The notes beneath the pieces are model-generated. The model ran no database searches. It was not told the origin of the DNA and saw only the letters and a list, made by a program, of their open reading frames with translations. A stretch of DNA of 25,803 nucleotides from a virus (taxonomy: Duplodnaviria > Caudoviricetes): positions 1 to 25,803 of the IMG/VR virus record IMGVR_UViG_3300048105_000122, one strand, 5' to 3'. Positions 1 through 9,623 of the stretch are shown in pieces. Numbering within the stretch: position 1 is the first letter of the stretch; the number at the start of each line of letters is the position of its first letter. A program made the translations under genes and the position numbers.

Positions 1-1551
1 TATAACATCACCGCAAACAATGCAAATTCAATACAATGGGCAGATAATGGAAATAGATTTTTTGTCTATACTACTTCTAATGGTGCATCTTTAACATCAA
101 CAAATCAAAAAGCAATATACCAATTTTCAACTGGTTCCGCGACACATCCATACTCTACATACTCTCCCGCATTGACTAATTCTTCTAATGGCCAAATCAA
201 TTCATCTGCTTGGCAAGATATTAACTCCATGACCGCTGATGAAACCAAAAACGACGGAGACATCTTTTATGCAGTTTCAACCGATAATCGGACAAGCTGG
301 GCCGTTGCAAAAGCATCTGATGGTGTGAGAAAGATTGCAAGAAATAACTCTGGAACTTGGCAGTATAACAATGATACTGGTACTTCTGCTCCAATATTAA
401 CCGGTACTGTGTATGCAAATAAATCAAAGGATATATCTGCAGAAGGCACACAGCCTTTTGGTATTTTTATAAAGCCCGATGGTAGTAAACTTTATGTGGT
501 CCAATCTCAATCTAGTGGTGTTAGGGGAGTATTTCAATATACTCTTTCAACTGCTTTTGATATTTCAACAGCCTCTTATGATAATAAAACCTTTAGTTTA
601 GTGAGTGCCATGGCTACAAATAATAATGATCCTCTATCAAGTATTACTATTAATTCAGATGGTTCTAAATTCTATTGCGGCTCTTATAACGGCGGCGTTA
701 TGGAATTTACAATGTCTACGGCATGGGATATATCCACTGGTGCATATAACAATGTATTAATAAACCCTAGTGCTGCGCTCGGCACAGAGTTAATTACTAT
801 AGGAAAAAATGATACTAGATTTTATATTGGTAGCCGTCGGAATGATAGGATAAGGGAATATGCCCTTTCTACCGCTGGAGATTTATCTACACTTGGTTCT
901 TCATACCTAGCAGAGGTTCGCTTTGATCAAGCACCGACAGTAGAAGGTAGTACTATTGGAGTAGCATTTAACAATACTGGTACAAAATTATATTTTTCTG
1001 GATATAATACTGATGCGATACACCAATATAGTTTATCTACCCCCTGGGATTTATCAACCATAAATAAAGATGGTATTTCAGTATCTGTGACAAGTCAGAC
1101 AACATCACCTGTAGCATTTTGTTATACCGATAATGGCACATTTTATGTAGTAGACTTTTCAGCAATCGCGTATCAATATACCGCTGGAACTGAATCAGAG
1201 TACGGTACATCCGAAACTTGGGTCAATGGTACAAACAACAACGAACATGCAACCCTGCAACAAGCTTTAACATCTCAGGCTTTTAATAGAATGAACAAAG
1301 CTCAACTTGATGCAGTAGCTGACGGATATCATTTCAGTCAAGATAGTGCGGATACATTAGACCTAATGATTGCACCCTATGCAGCTTCAGGCAGTAGCCC
1401 CATTTCAGACGGCGTCACGATTAATTATGATGCAGAAGCTATAGTAAGAGAAGCAATTCCAGGAACAGATTATGTTGCAGAATTTCCAAATAGTTCAACT
1501 ATAAATATTAAGTCATTAGTAAACGCAAATATAAAAGTTAGGGCTCTATAA
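1..1551 (+). CDS. Tail appendage / receptor-binding protein with beta-propeller repeats (5'-truncated; paralog of 13361..17053)
   Basis: Frame 1 is open from base 1 (YNITANNANSIQWADNG...), so the listed TTG start at 172 is not the real start. Repeated YxLSTAWD[IL]ST blade motifs. Blocks 151-375 and 1201-1551 align without gaps to 15632-15856 and 16703-17053. Confidence 0.75.
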   Translation, partial: YNITANNANSIQWADNGNRFFVYTTSNGASLTSTNQKAIYQFSTGSATHPYSTYSPALTNSSNGQINSSAWQDINSMTADETKNDGDIFYAVSTDNRTSWAVAKASDGVRKIARNNSGTWQYNNDTGTSAPILTGTVYANKSKDISAEGTQPFGIFIKPDGSKLYVVQSQSSGVRGVFQYTLSTAFDISTASYDNKTFSLVSAMATNNNDPLSSITINSDGSKFYCGSYNGGVMEFTMSTAWDISTGAYNNVLINPSAALGTELITIGKNDTRFYIGSRRNDRIREYALSTAGDLSTLGSSYLAEVRFDQAPTVEGSTIGVAFNNTGTKLYFSGYNTDAIHQYSLSTPWDLSTINKDGISVSVTSQTTSPVAFCYTDNGTFYVVDFSAIAYQYTAGTESEYGTSETWVNGTNNNEHATLQQALTSQAFNRMNKAQLDAVADGYHFSQDSADTLDLMIAPYAASGSSPISDGVTINYDAEAIVREAIPGTDYVAEFPNSSTINIKSLVNANIKVRAL

Positions 1552-1904
1552 TGAAACAGTTTAAAACATACAGAGAACAAGAGATTGATAATATTTGTGA
1601 AGAATGCAATCTTTATGAAGATTTAGAAATTACTGAAGCTGAATATCAAGGGCGCAAGGTTAAACTTAATGACCCTTCTCGTTCAAATGATGGTAAAAAG
1701 AAATTTTATGTTTATGTAAAAAATGAAAAAGGTAATATAGTAAAAGTAGGATTTGGCGATCCAAACATGGAAATTAAAAGAGACGATCCCGCACGAAGAA
1801 AATCATTTAGAGCCAGACACGGCTGTGATAATCCTGGTCCTAAATGGAAAGCAAGATATTGGAGTTGCTACCAATGGAGAGCCGGCGCTAAGGTAGACAA
1901 TTAA
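1551..1904 (+). CDS. Conserved T4-like phage protein (DUF6321-like), probable capsid-internal protein
   Basis: KKFYVYVKN..G...KV.FGDP....K...P.RRKSFRARH.C....ARYWSC motif recalled from marine myophage proteins. N-terminus MKQFKTYREQE resembles the T4 capsid-targeting sequence, and ITE|AEY is a possible gp21-type site. Confidence 0.65.
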   Translation: MKQFKTYREQEIDNICEECNLYEDLEITEAEYQGRKVKLNDPSRSNDGKKKFYVYVKNEKGNIVKVGFGDPNMEIKRDDPARRKSFRARHGCDNPGPKWKARYWSCYQWRAGAKVDN

Positions 1905-1914
1905 GGAATATTAA

Positions 1915-4900
1915 ATGAGTAAGGCCAGTTTATTTTCTAAGCTTGCATCAGGCAATGGAAATTTAATACCAGATTCAGATGAACATCGCGATCTAGGATC
2001 AGCGAGTAATAAGTGGAAGGATCTATATCTTTCTGGTAGCACACTTATTCTTGGTAATGTTACACTTAAAGATTCGGGTGGTATACCTAGTTTTGAAAAT
2101 CTAGGTGGAGCTAAAGTTAAGCTTGATATGTCCGCTATGACTACAGCTGATCTTGCCGAACATAACACTGCCAGATATTTCACAGAAACTAGAACAAGAT
2201 CATCTCTCAGTCTTTCAACAGGATCTGCAGACTATGATTCAGCGACCGGTGGTTTTACTATACCAGCAACAACAGATCATGTATCAGAAGGTACTAATCT
2301 TTATTATACCGATTCAAGAGCGGATGCTAGGGCACAGTTAAAAATAGATGCATTAGTTAATGCAGCGCCATCACAGCTTGACACTTTAGACGAATTAGCT
2401 GCTGCTCTTGGTGACGATTCTAATTTTGCTGGAACAGTATCTGCTTCAATCGGTGCTAATACTACACTAATTAATACTAAACTTGATACAGTTACAGATG
2501 TTACAGTTACAGTTGCCGGAGGAAAATTTGTCTTAGATGGGCAGTCACAGGCTACTTTACATCTGCAGCCAGGTAGAACTTATAAGTTTGATCAGTCAAA
2601 CTCGTCTAATAGTTCTCATCCCCTGAGATTTTCCACAACATCAGATGGAACACATAATAGTGGTTCTCAATATACATCAGGGGTCACCACTTCAGGCACA
2701 CCAGGTTTTGCTGGTGCTTATGTACAGATAGTTGTTACTTTTGGAACACCAGCATTATTTTATTATTGTGCTAATCATTCTGGTATGGGCGCGGGTTCAA
2801 TTGCAGCTACTTCAAATATCTGGAGTAATATATCTGGTACACCAACCACAATTGCTGGATATGGTATTACGGATGCATTTGATGGTGCTTATGGTTCTTT
2901 AACAGGAGTACCTTCTACATTTACTCCATCAGCACATAACCAAGCTTGGTCAACAATTACAGGCACACCAACAACTATTTCTGGTTACGGTATTACGGAT
3001 GCATTTGACGGAGCATTCGGATCTTTATCTGGTACTCCAACAACTATTTCTGGTTACGGTATTACAGATGCTCAAGCTACACTGGTTTCTGGAACTAATA
3101 TTAAAACAATAAACAATACACCTCTTTTAGGTTCTGGTAACATTTCAATATCAGGCGGTAGTGGTGGAACAGACTCTGCTACAGTTTCTTCTATCATATT
3201 AGCAGACGTCGACTCGGCATATGTTCAAGCTAGACAATCTGGAGGTGGGTCTGGAATATCACTAACAGACCTATCTGTTACTACAGCATCTGCTTCAGGT
3301 GGTGGTACTTTATCATACAATAATTCTACGGGTGTATTTACATTTGCTCCTTCTACAAATTCTGGTGGTGGTGGTTCAGGCACAGTAGACTCAGCTCAAA
3401 CTATATCTCTTATTACAAATACTGTTGATTCAAATTATGTAATAAGTAGAGCAGTCGGCGGAATATCAATGTCTGGTGGTGTTAATACATATGCTTACAT
3501 TGCAGATTCTGGTCAAACAGTATTTACTGGTGCAGATAATAATTCTAATACTTTAAATTTTACTTCAAATAATTTAGCTGCTTATTTAAATGGTGTTCTT
3601 CTTTTAAGTGGCGATGATTATATTTTATCAGGTAATAATACACTTACTCTTACATTTAATGCAGATTCTGCAGATGAAATTTCTATTGTAGCATTTGATC
3701 CAGCAAGTAGTGAAAATATATCAACCTACTTTGATTCAGATTATATCACAAATAGAGTTGGTGTATCATATCCAGCTAGAGGTTCTGTATTAAATTATTT
3801 CTATACTGCTGACTCTGGTCAAACAGTGTTTACTGGCACAGATGATAATGGTTCTTCACTTGTTATTGATCAAGATAATTCTAATGTTATAGTATCAGTT
3901 AATGGTGTTCTTATTATAAATGGAACAGATTATACTACAACTGCATCTTCAAATACTCTTACTCTTATTGATTCTGCTTCAGTTGGTGATCAAATAGCAA
4001 TTAATACATTCTCAAATCTATATCGTTCTCCTGGTATAGATTCGCAAGATATGTTAGATATTGTTGATTCTGCTTATATTACGGGTAGAATTAGTGAGAT
4101 ATATGTATCCACTGATATTGTTGACTCTGCTTACATTTCTGGAAGAATTGGTGAGATATATGCCGGTAATAGATCAATTGATACATTTAGATATGTATCA
4201 ACAGAAGGTCAATCAGTATATACTGGAAATGATGCAAATGGAAGTACCTTGGCTTTTTCTGATGGCGCTGTACAAGTACACTTAAATGGCATTCTTCTCA
4301 CTAAATCACAAGATTACACAACATCATCTGGTAATTCAATAACACTTCTTGATTCAATTAATGCAGGTAATGAAATATTAATTGAAAATTTTTCAAATAA
4401 GTTTATTCTTGATTTAGATGGTATTGTTGATTCGGCTTATGTCGCGGCTAGAATACCAAATCATTCCGCAACTACTAATATTAATAAATTTAAATTTACT
4501 ACAACCGCACCTCAGACAATCTTTACTGGTAATGATGATGATGGTAATAGTTTATTGTTTGATTCAAATAATCTTATAGTATTTTTAAATGGTGTTAACT
4601 TATATCAAGGTGAAGATTTTACAACATCAGGTGGAAATACACTTACTCTTGCAACCGCCGCAGATTCTAACTTTGAACTCGTAATTAATAATTTTGATAA
4701 ATATTTTACAACACAATTAAGTTCCATTGATTCTGCTTATGTTACAGCAAGAATTCCTCAGTATGGAGCAACTGCTACTGTAGATAAATATAGATTTGTT
4801 GCGGCTGCTAATCAGACTTTATTTGGTGGTGTAGATGCAGACGGATCTACTCTTTCATATACTCCTAGTACAGTACAAGTATTTTTAAATGGTATTCTTC

Positions 4901-5403
4901 TTACTTCTGGTACCGATTATACCGCAAGTAGCGGTACATCTATAACTCTTGTAGATCCAGCTTCTGCTGGTTTTGAAGTTATTATATTTGACTATACTAA
5001 ACAATTTAATATTAATGTTATTGACGCAAGCTCTATTGATTCAGCTTATGTTCAAGCAAGACAAGCATCAGCGGATCTAAGTTCTATTGATTCAGCTTAT
5101 GTTCAAGCAAGATTAATAAATTGGGATGTTGTAAATACAACACCGTATAATGCAACTGCAAATTCTAAACTATTAGTAAATACCTCATCTTCTAAAATTA
5201 TAAATCTTCCATCATCTCCTTCTGTGGGTGATGAGGTTAGAATTGTAGATGCTGACGGCTTATCTTCTACTAATAATATAACAGTTGCATCAAGTAATAA
5301 AATTAGAAATAGCGATTCAGATTTTGTAATAGATGTTAATGAAGCTGGTGTTGGTTTTGTATATTATAGTTTAAATCGTGGATGGATATTAACAGAAAAA
5401 TAG
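1915..5403 (+). CDS. Large tail fibre / virion structural protein with cupredoxin-like domain and five internal repeats
   Basis: G/S/T-rich. Contains APSQLDTLDELAAALGDD and PTTI[AS]GYGITDA tail-fibre motifs, HPLRF...YYCANHSGMG, five ~100-aa GQTVFTG..D...LNG[VI]LL..G.DY repeats, and a C-terminal LPSSPSVGDEVRIVD...GW domain resembling T4 gp9/gp34-type domains. RBS AAGGA upstream. Confidence 0.8.
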   Translation: MSKASLFSKLASGNGNLIPDSDEHRDLGSASNKWKDLYLSGSTLILGNVTLKDSGGIPSFENLGGAKVKLDMSAMTTADLAEHNTARYFTETRTRSSLSLSTGSADYDSATGGFTIPATTDHVSEGTNLYYTDSRADARAQLKIDALVNAAPSQLDTLDELAAALGDDSNFAGTVSASIGANTTLINTKLDTVTDVTVTVAGGKFVLDGQSQATLHLQPGRTYKFDQSNSSNSSHPLRFSTTSDGTHNSGSQYTSGVTTSGTPGFAGAYVQIVVTFGTPALFYYCANHSGMGAGSIAATSNIWSNISGTPTTIAGYGITDAFDGAYGSLTGVPSTFTPSAHNQAWSTITGTPTTISGYGITDAFDGAFGSLSGTPTTISGYGITDAQATLVSGTNIKTINNTPLLGSGNISISGGSGGTDSATVSSIILADVDSAYVQARQSGGGSGISLTDLSVTTASASGGGTLSYNNSTGVFTFAPSTNSGGGGSGTVDSAQTISLITNTVDSNYVISRAVGGISMSGGVNTYAYIADSGQTVFTGADNNSNTLNFTSNNLAAYLNGVLLLSGDDYILSGNNTLTLTFNADSADEISIVAFDPASSENISTYFDSDYITNRVGVSYPARGSVLNYFYTADSGQTVFTGTDDNGSSLVIDQDNSNVIVSVNGVLIINGTDYTTTASSNTLTLIDSASVGDQIAINTFSNLYRSPGIDSQDMLDIVDSAYITGRISEIYVSTDIVDSAYISGRIGEIYAGNRSIDTFRYVSTEGQSVYTGNDANGSTLAFSDGAVQVHLNGILLTKSQDYTTSSGNSITLLDSINAGNEILIENFSNKFILDLDGIVDSAYVAARIPNHSATTNINKFKFTTTAPQTIFTGNDDDGNSLLFDSNNLIVFLNGVNLYQGEDFTTSGGNTLTLATAADSNFELVINNFDKYFTTQLSSIDSAYVTARIPQYGATATVDKYRFVAAANQTLFGGVDADGSTLSYTPSTVQVFLNGILLTSGTDYTASSGTSITLVDPASAGFEVIIFDYTKQFNINVIDASSIDSAYVQARQASADLSSIDSAYVQARLINWDVVNTTPYNATANSKLLVNTSSSKIINLPSSPSVGDEVRIVDADGLSSTNNITVASSNKIRNSDSDFVIDVNEAGVGFVYYSLNRGWILTEK
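2830..3072 (+). repeat. Three near-tandem copies of GTPTTI[AS]GYGITDA(FDGA) in tail fibre
   Basis: ccaacaactatttctggttacggtattac occurs twice, plus a diverged first copy. Confidence 0.8.
5032..5112 (+). repeat. Exact 30-bp direct repeat (SIDSAYVQAR), 51-bp period
   Basis: tctattgattcagcttatgttcaagcaaga at 5032-5061 and 5083-5112. Confidence 0.9.
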
Positions 5404-5410
5404 GTATTAT

Positions 5411-7870
5411 ATGTCAAGCTTGTCGCAAATAAGAATTTTAAATATAACAGAGGATCTTGGTGTTGGAACAGATCAAGTTGCTACTGTTGATCAATTAAGT
5501 TCTGTTGGAAATACAATTGGTTCTCAAGCCTTTGTTGAGGAAACTAATAGGCTTTATATCTGGAACGGTCAAGGTTGGTATAACATCGCACTCATTAATA
5601 CAACTCCAACATGGGATTCAAACGGTCAACCTGCCGCAACTTATGAGTTAAGTGCAGATAGCCCACAAACAGTTACAACAATTACTCTGGCAGCTTCTGA
5701 TCCAGAAGGTTTTCCTATTAATTATTCTTATGTTACCGGTGGTTCTATGGATAGTATAGGCACAATTAGTCAGGATTCAAGTGTATTCACAATTACACCT
5801 AAAACAGAAGTTCAAGCTCCAGATGGTGGTACTGGTTCTATTACCTTTAGAGCAAGTGATGGTATTAATATTTTACCTTATGTTTCATCATTTACCTTGA
5901 ACTTTATTTCTATTATAGACGATAGTAAATATACAACTTTACTAGCGACAGCAGATGGGACTTCGGATAATAATAATATAACTGATTCATCTTCAAATAA
6001 TCATACGATAACTGTTAGTGGCGATGCTCACGCTGGTACTTTTAGTCCTTATCGGAGTGGAGGTTACTCTACTTACTTCGATGGTAATGGGGATTATTTA
6101 GAAGTGCCTCAAAGTTCAAATTCTAGCAGCTTTGGAACAGGTGAATTTACTGTAGAGTTTTGGTTTAAGCCCTCTGAAGCTGGTTCCACAGTATTCTTTA
6201 TAGATTTTAGGGGTTCTGCCAACTCTGGGTTTCAAATTTTTAGAAGAAGTACAAATTTTATTAGGGTTAGAGGATTAAATCAAACAACTTTAATTGACGG
6301 AACTACAAGTATATCGGATTTTAATACTTGGTATCATATTTGTGTCCATAGAAACTCAAGTAATGAGTTAAAATTATTTATAAATGGCACACAAGATGGT
6401 GGAACCGTAACGGGTCACACGACTGATTACGCTCATCCAACTAGCGGAAACTGGCTTATAGGTAAGCAATATAATTCAACTTCTTATCCAAATGGCTATA
6501 TGCGTGATGTTAGAATTGTAAAAGGTACAGCAATCACACCTACCTCTGGTGGCCCTACAGAGCGTTTAGAAGCGGTTACTAATACCACGCTACTTACTTG
6601 CCACCTACCATATATATCTGATGGCTCAACTAACGCTCATACAATAACAGTAAACGGCAATGTTTCCACAAAACCATTCTCACCCTACGACAATTTAGAA
6701 TACTCAGCAACTGATCACGGTGGGTCTGTTTATTTTGATGGTACTGGGGATAGATTACAAACTTCTGCGGGTAAAATACCTAGTGGAACAACAAATTTTA
6801 CAGTTAGTTGCTGGTTCTATTCTACTAGGTCAAGTACCAACGAAGTCGGAGGCGTTTTTGGACAAGGTTTTGGTAGTGGCGGCAGAGTAGGTATTTTTCT
6901 TTACGGAGGTACTAACACTCCAATTAAATATTCTGTCGATAGCAACGATACGGATACTGGGGTTTTTGCACTTAGAAATGTTTGGTATTTTGTCGAGCTA
7001 CAAGTCACATCAAGTACTGCAAAGATGTTTATAAACGGAGTTGAAGAATCTTCAAAATCGTTATCAGGTTACTCAGCTCCAAATACTGATCTTACAATTG
7101 GCAATTTAGGATCGTCTTGGACTAATAATTTGGATTGGACGGGCTACATTTCAGATTTTTTAGTGCAGATAGGAACGCCAAGCGGATCATCTACAGTTCC
7201 TACTTCGTCACGATCTTCATCAGGCGTAGAGTTACACATTAAAGGCACAGATGCTTCGATCATAGATAAATCTCAAAGTGGTAATTTAAAGATGTTTGGT
7301 AATAGTACTGGTTCAACGACTCAGGTTAAGTTTGCCGGTTCTAAGTCAATGTATTTTGCTGGTAGTTTACACGATAAAGTAATTGCTTATGCTGCAAGAG
7401 ATGTTGATATTCCTAACAATGGGGAATATACTTTTGAAGCTTGGTGTTATTTTAATAGTGTTAGCGGTGTTATTCATATGTTATCTTCGGGTGATGTAAC
7501 CAATAGAATAGCATTTGAATTAAGAAACTCTAAGTTAGCGGCGATGGTTGGGGGTTCAGTTATTCAGAGTGGTAGCCAAGTGCTTAGTACAGGTCAATGG
7601 TATCATTTAGCAATATCAAGAGTAACAGGTTCACCATATTCAACTACTAGATTTTTTGTAAATGGGAATTTAGATCAAACCGCAACTAATTATCAACAAT
7701 CTTTTGCAATAGGCGGTTTTAATGAGTGGATTATAGGTTCTCCATCACCTAATAATATAGGCAATGGATACAATGAAGTAACTGGATATATGCAAGATGT
7801 AAGATTTACTGAGGGTTTAGCAAGATACACTGCAAGCTTCACGCCACCAACAGCATCATTAGAAGGTTAA
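5411..7870 (+). CDS. Virion protein with multiple LamG/concanavalin-A-like domains (putative receptor binding)
   Basis: Three FT[VF][ES]xW...WY[HF]...F[IV]NG...IG...GY[MI].D LamG-like units. N-terminal ~125-aa block shared with 17064..18734. Confidence 0.8.
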   Translation: MSSLSQIRILNITEDLGVGTDQVATVDQLSSVGNTIGSQAFVEETNRLYIWNGQGWYNIALINTTPTWDSNGQPAATYELSADSPQTVTTITLAASDPEGFPINYSYVTGGSMDSIGTISQDSSVFTITPKTEVQAPDGGTGSITFRASDGINILPYVSSFTLNFISIIDDSKYTTLLATADGTSDNNNITDSSSNNHTITVSGDAHAGTFSPYRSGGYSTYFDGNGDYLEVPQSSNSSSFGTGEFTVEFWFKPSEAGSTVFFIDFRGSANSGFQIFRRSTNFIRVRGLNQTTLIDGTTSISDFNTWYHICVHRNSSNELKLFINGTQDGGTVTGHTTDYAHPTSGNWLIGKQYNSTSYPNGYMRDVRIVKGTAITPTSGGPTERLEAVTNTTLLTCHLPYISDGSTNAHTITVNGNVSTKPFSPYDNLEYSATDHGGSVYFDGTGDRLQTSAGKIPSGTTNFTVSCWFYSTRSSTNEVGGVFGQGFGSGGRVGIFLYGGTNTPIKYSVDSNDTDTGVFALRNVWYFVELQVTSSTAKMFINGVEESSKSLSGYSAPNTDLTIGNLGSSWTNNLDWTGYISDFLVQIGTPSGSSTVPTSSRSSSGVELHIKGTDASIIDKSQSGNLKMFGNSTGSTTQVKFAGSKSMYFAGSLHDKVIAYAARDVDIPNNGEYTFEAWCYFNSVSGVIHMLSSGDVTNRIAFELRNSKLAAMVGGSVIQSGSQVLSTGQWYHLAISRVTGSPYSTTRFFVNGNLDQTATNYQQSFAIGGFNEWIIGSPSPNNIGNGYNEVTGYMQDVRFTEGLARYTASFTPPTASLEG

Positions 7871-7875
7871 AACAT

Positions 7876-7883
7876 TATAAATA
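7876..7883 (+). promoter_or_regulatory. T4-type late promoter (gp55-dependent)
   Basis: Perfect TATAAATA in the intergenic gap, 40 bp upstream of ORF 7924. Confidence 0.75.
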
Positions 7884-7923
7884 TAACTAATTACTTTACT
7901 AAATTGTATGGGCAAAATGATCA

Positions 7924-8202
7924 ATGGCAGATAATACCGCAACACGTTTAGAGCGTATAGAGAACAAGATGGACAAGATGGCAGAAGCTCTTGTTACTCT
8001 TGCTCGTGTAGAAGAAAAAATGGAAAATTATAATAAGTACCGAGATGATTCTTGGTCAAGAATGAATAAGTTTTCTGAAAAACTGGATGCCATTGAAAAG
8101 AAAGTAGATGAAAATGCCCATACTGTTAGAATTATAAACAAATTATTTTGGGTCGCGATTGTGGCGGCAGCTGGCGCTATAGCCACTCAGATCTGGATGT
8201 AA
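7924..8202 (+). CDS. Coiled-coil protein with C-terminal transmembrane helix (XhlA-like/holin-like)
   Basis: Heptad-rich N-terminus, then LFWVAIVAAAGAIA hydrophobic helix. Lies directly after a late promoter. Confidence 0.5.
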   Translation: MADNTATRLERIENKMDKMAEALVTLARVEEKMENYNKYRDDSWSRMNKFSEKLDAIEKKVDENAHTVRIINKLFWVAIVAAAGAIATQIWM

Positions 8203-8215
8203 GGAGAAAACACAG

Positions 8216-9610
8216 ATGGAACTTAATTTTAAAACAATGGCCAGCGCCTATTTAAATGTACTAGAAGGATATGATTTTATTATTCCTGAAGATGTGCCGG
8301 CAAACGAAAGAACTGCATTTCATGGCGCAGCTGCAGCTGCTCATAAATCAGGTAAATCACATTTTGATTTCGGTGGAAAGAAATATCCAGTTACTATGAA
8401 AAAAGATGCTGCTAAAGCAATTAATTCTGATACTCAAAAAGAAGCCAAAGAAGATGAACCAGAAGCTTCTACTGAAGTAGATGGTAATGATGAAAAAGAA
8501 GCAGGTTCTAAAAAAGTTCCATGCCCAAAATGTGAAGGTAAGGGATGTGCTCACTGTGATAATAAAGGATATCATATGAGTAAAGTAGAAGCTTCATGTG
8601 GTAGTGATGATAAGAAAAGCAGAAAAGAATCAGTTGAAGAAGAAACTGAACTTAATGAATTGTCTGCGGAAGAAAAGAAACTTGTTAATCAAATGTATGA
8701 TAAAAAGGGTAACTTAACACCACTCGGTAAAAAGGTTATGAATCACGGCAAAAAACCTGGCGATAAAGGTTATGTAGAAAATACAAATGAAGAAGTAGAA
8801 CAAGTAGATGAAATTTCTCGTAGCATGACACCAATGAAAAATAAATTTGGTGGAACAGTAATTCCTAAAAAGTTTGATGTATATAAGAAATTTGTTAAGA
8901 AGAATAATGTAGATGAGCCTACAGTTCGCATGATATGTGATAATCCAGATGCTGCTGAATCAAAGCGCATGATGAAAAATCCAAAGATTGCTCAAGCAGT
9001 TGATCTATATAAAGCTGCTCATATGAAAAAAGAATCTGTATCAGAAAAGAAAAAATATCTAAGTCAAAAAGATATTAAACGAGCAATTGCAAGTATTAAA
9101 CCACCTAAGAAAAAACCAACTTTACCAAAAGCACCCTGGGATAAAAAAGAGAGTACATTACCACCAGCACCTGGCGGTAAGAAAACTGTTCGTAGTGCAG
9201 ATAAAAAACCTGTAAACGTAAGCGTTGATGGTAAAACAGTAACAAGGATGGAACCAGTGACAAAAAGAACAGCTGCAGCTTATGAAAGCGTTAATCGTAA
9301 AAATTGGGTAGATGTTTTACAAACTAAAAAGTTACAAGAAGCAGAAGATGCTAAAACTAAAACATCAGCACCTACAGGTAATCATAAGTCAGATGATGCA
9401 ACTCGTGATACATATGATAAACAGCTTGCAACTCGTAAGGGAGAAAAAGATTTTGTAGGTATGCATAATCCAGAAACTCCAGAGTATGCAGATGTGAATA
9501 GAGTTTTACCAAAAACTTTTGCAGCATTTACGGCAGGAGTAAAAGCTGGTGGCGGAAAAACAAATGATGCACCAGGCGATAAAGCAATGCCTAAGAATGA
9601 TGGAAAGTAA
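8216..9610 (+). CDS. Lys/Glu-rich putative head-internal (core-like) protein with CxxCxGxGCxxC Zn-finger
   Basis: Strong RBS AAGGAG. Highly charged. CPKCEGKGCAHCDNKG motif. Recurrent [LV]xE sites between basic modules. Confidence 0.6.
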   Translation: MELNFKTMASAYLNVLEGYDFIIPEDVPANERTAFHGAAAAAHKSGKSHFDFGGKKYPVTMKKDAAKAINSDTQKEAKEDEPEASTEVDGNDEKEAGSKKVPCPKCEGKGCAHCDNKGYHMSKVEASCGSDDKKSRKESVEEETELNELSAEEKKLVNQMYDKKGNLTPLGKKVMNHGKKPGDKGYVENTNEEVEQVDEISRSMTPMKNKFGGTVIPKKFDVYKKFVKKNNVDEPTVRMICDNPDAAESKRMMKNPKIAQAVDLYKAAHMKKESVSEKKKYLSQKDIKRAIASIKPPKKKPTLPKAPWDKKESTLPPAPGGKKTVRSADKKPVNVSVDGKTVTRMEPVTKRTAAAYESVNRKNWVDVLQTKKLQEAEDAKTKTSAPTGNHKSDDATRDTYDKQLATRKGEKDFVGMHNPETPEYADVNRVLPKTFAAFTAGVKAGGGKTNDAPGDKAMPKNDGK

Positions 9611-9623
9611 ATAACAATATTCT

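Noticed and set aside
1500-1507. TATAAATA inside ORF 1 (also at 17549-17556 and 24573-24580)
   Set aside because: Intragenic in an AT-rich genome, so chance matches are likely. The 1500 copy could drive ORF 1551 but cannot be supported.
2830-5112. CRISPR-like array
   Set aside because: Repeats are in-frame protein repeats, irregularly spaced, with no cas genes
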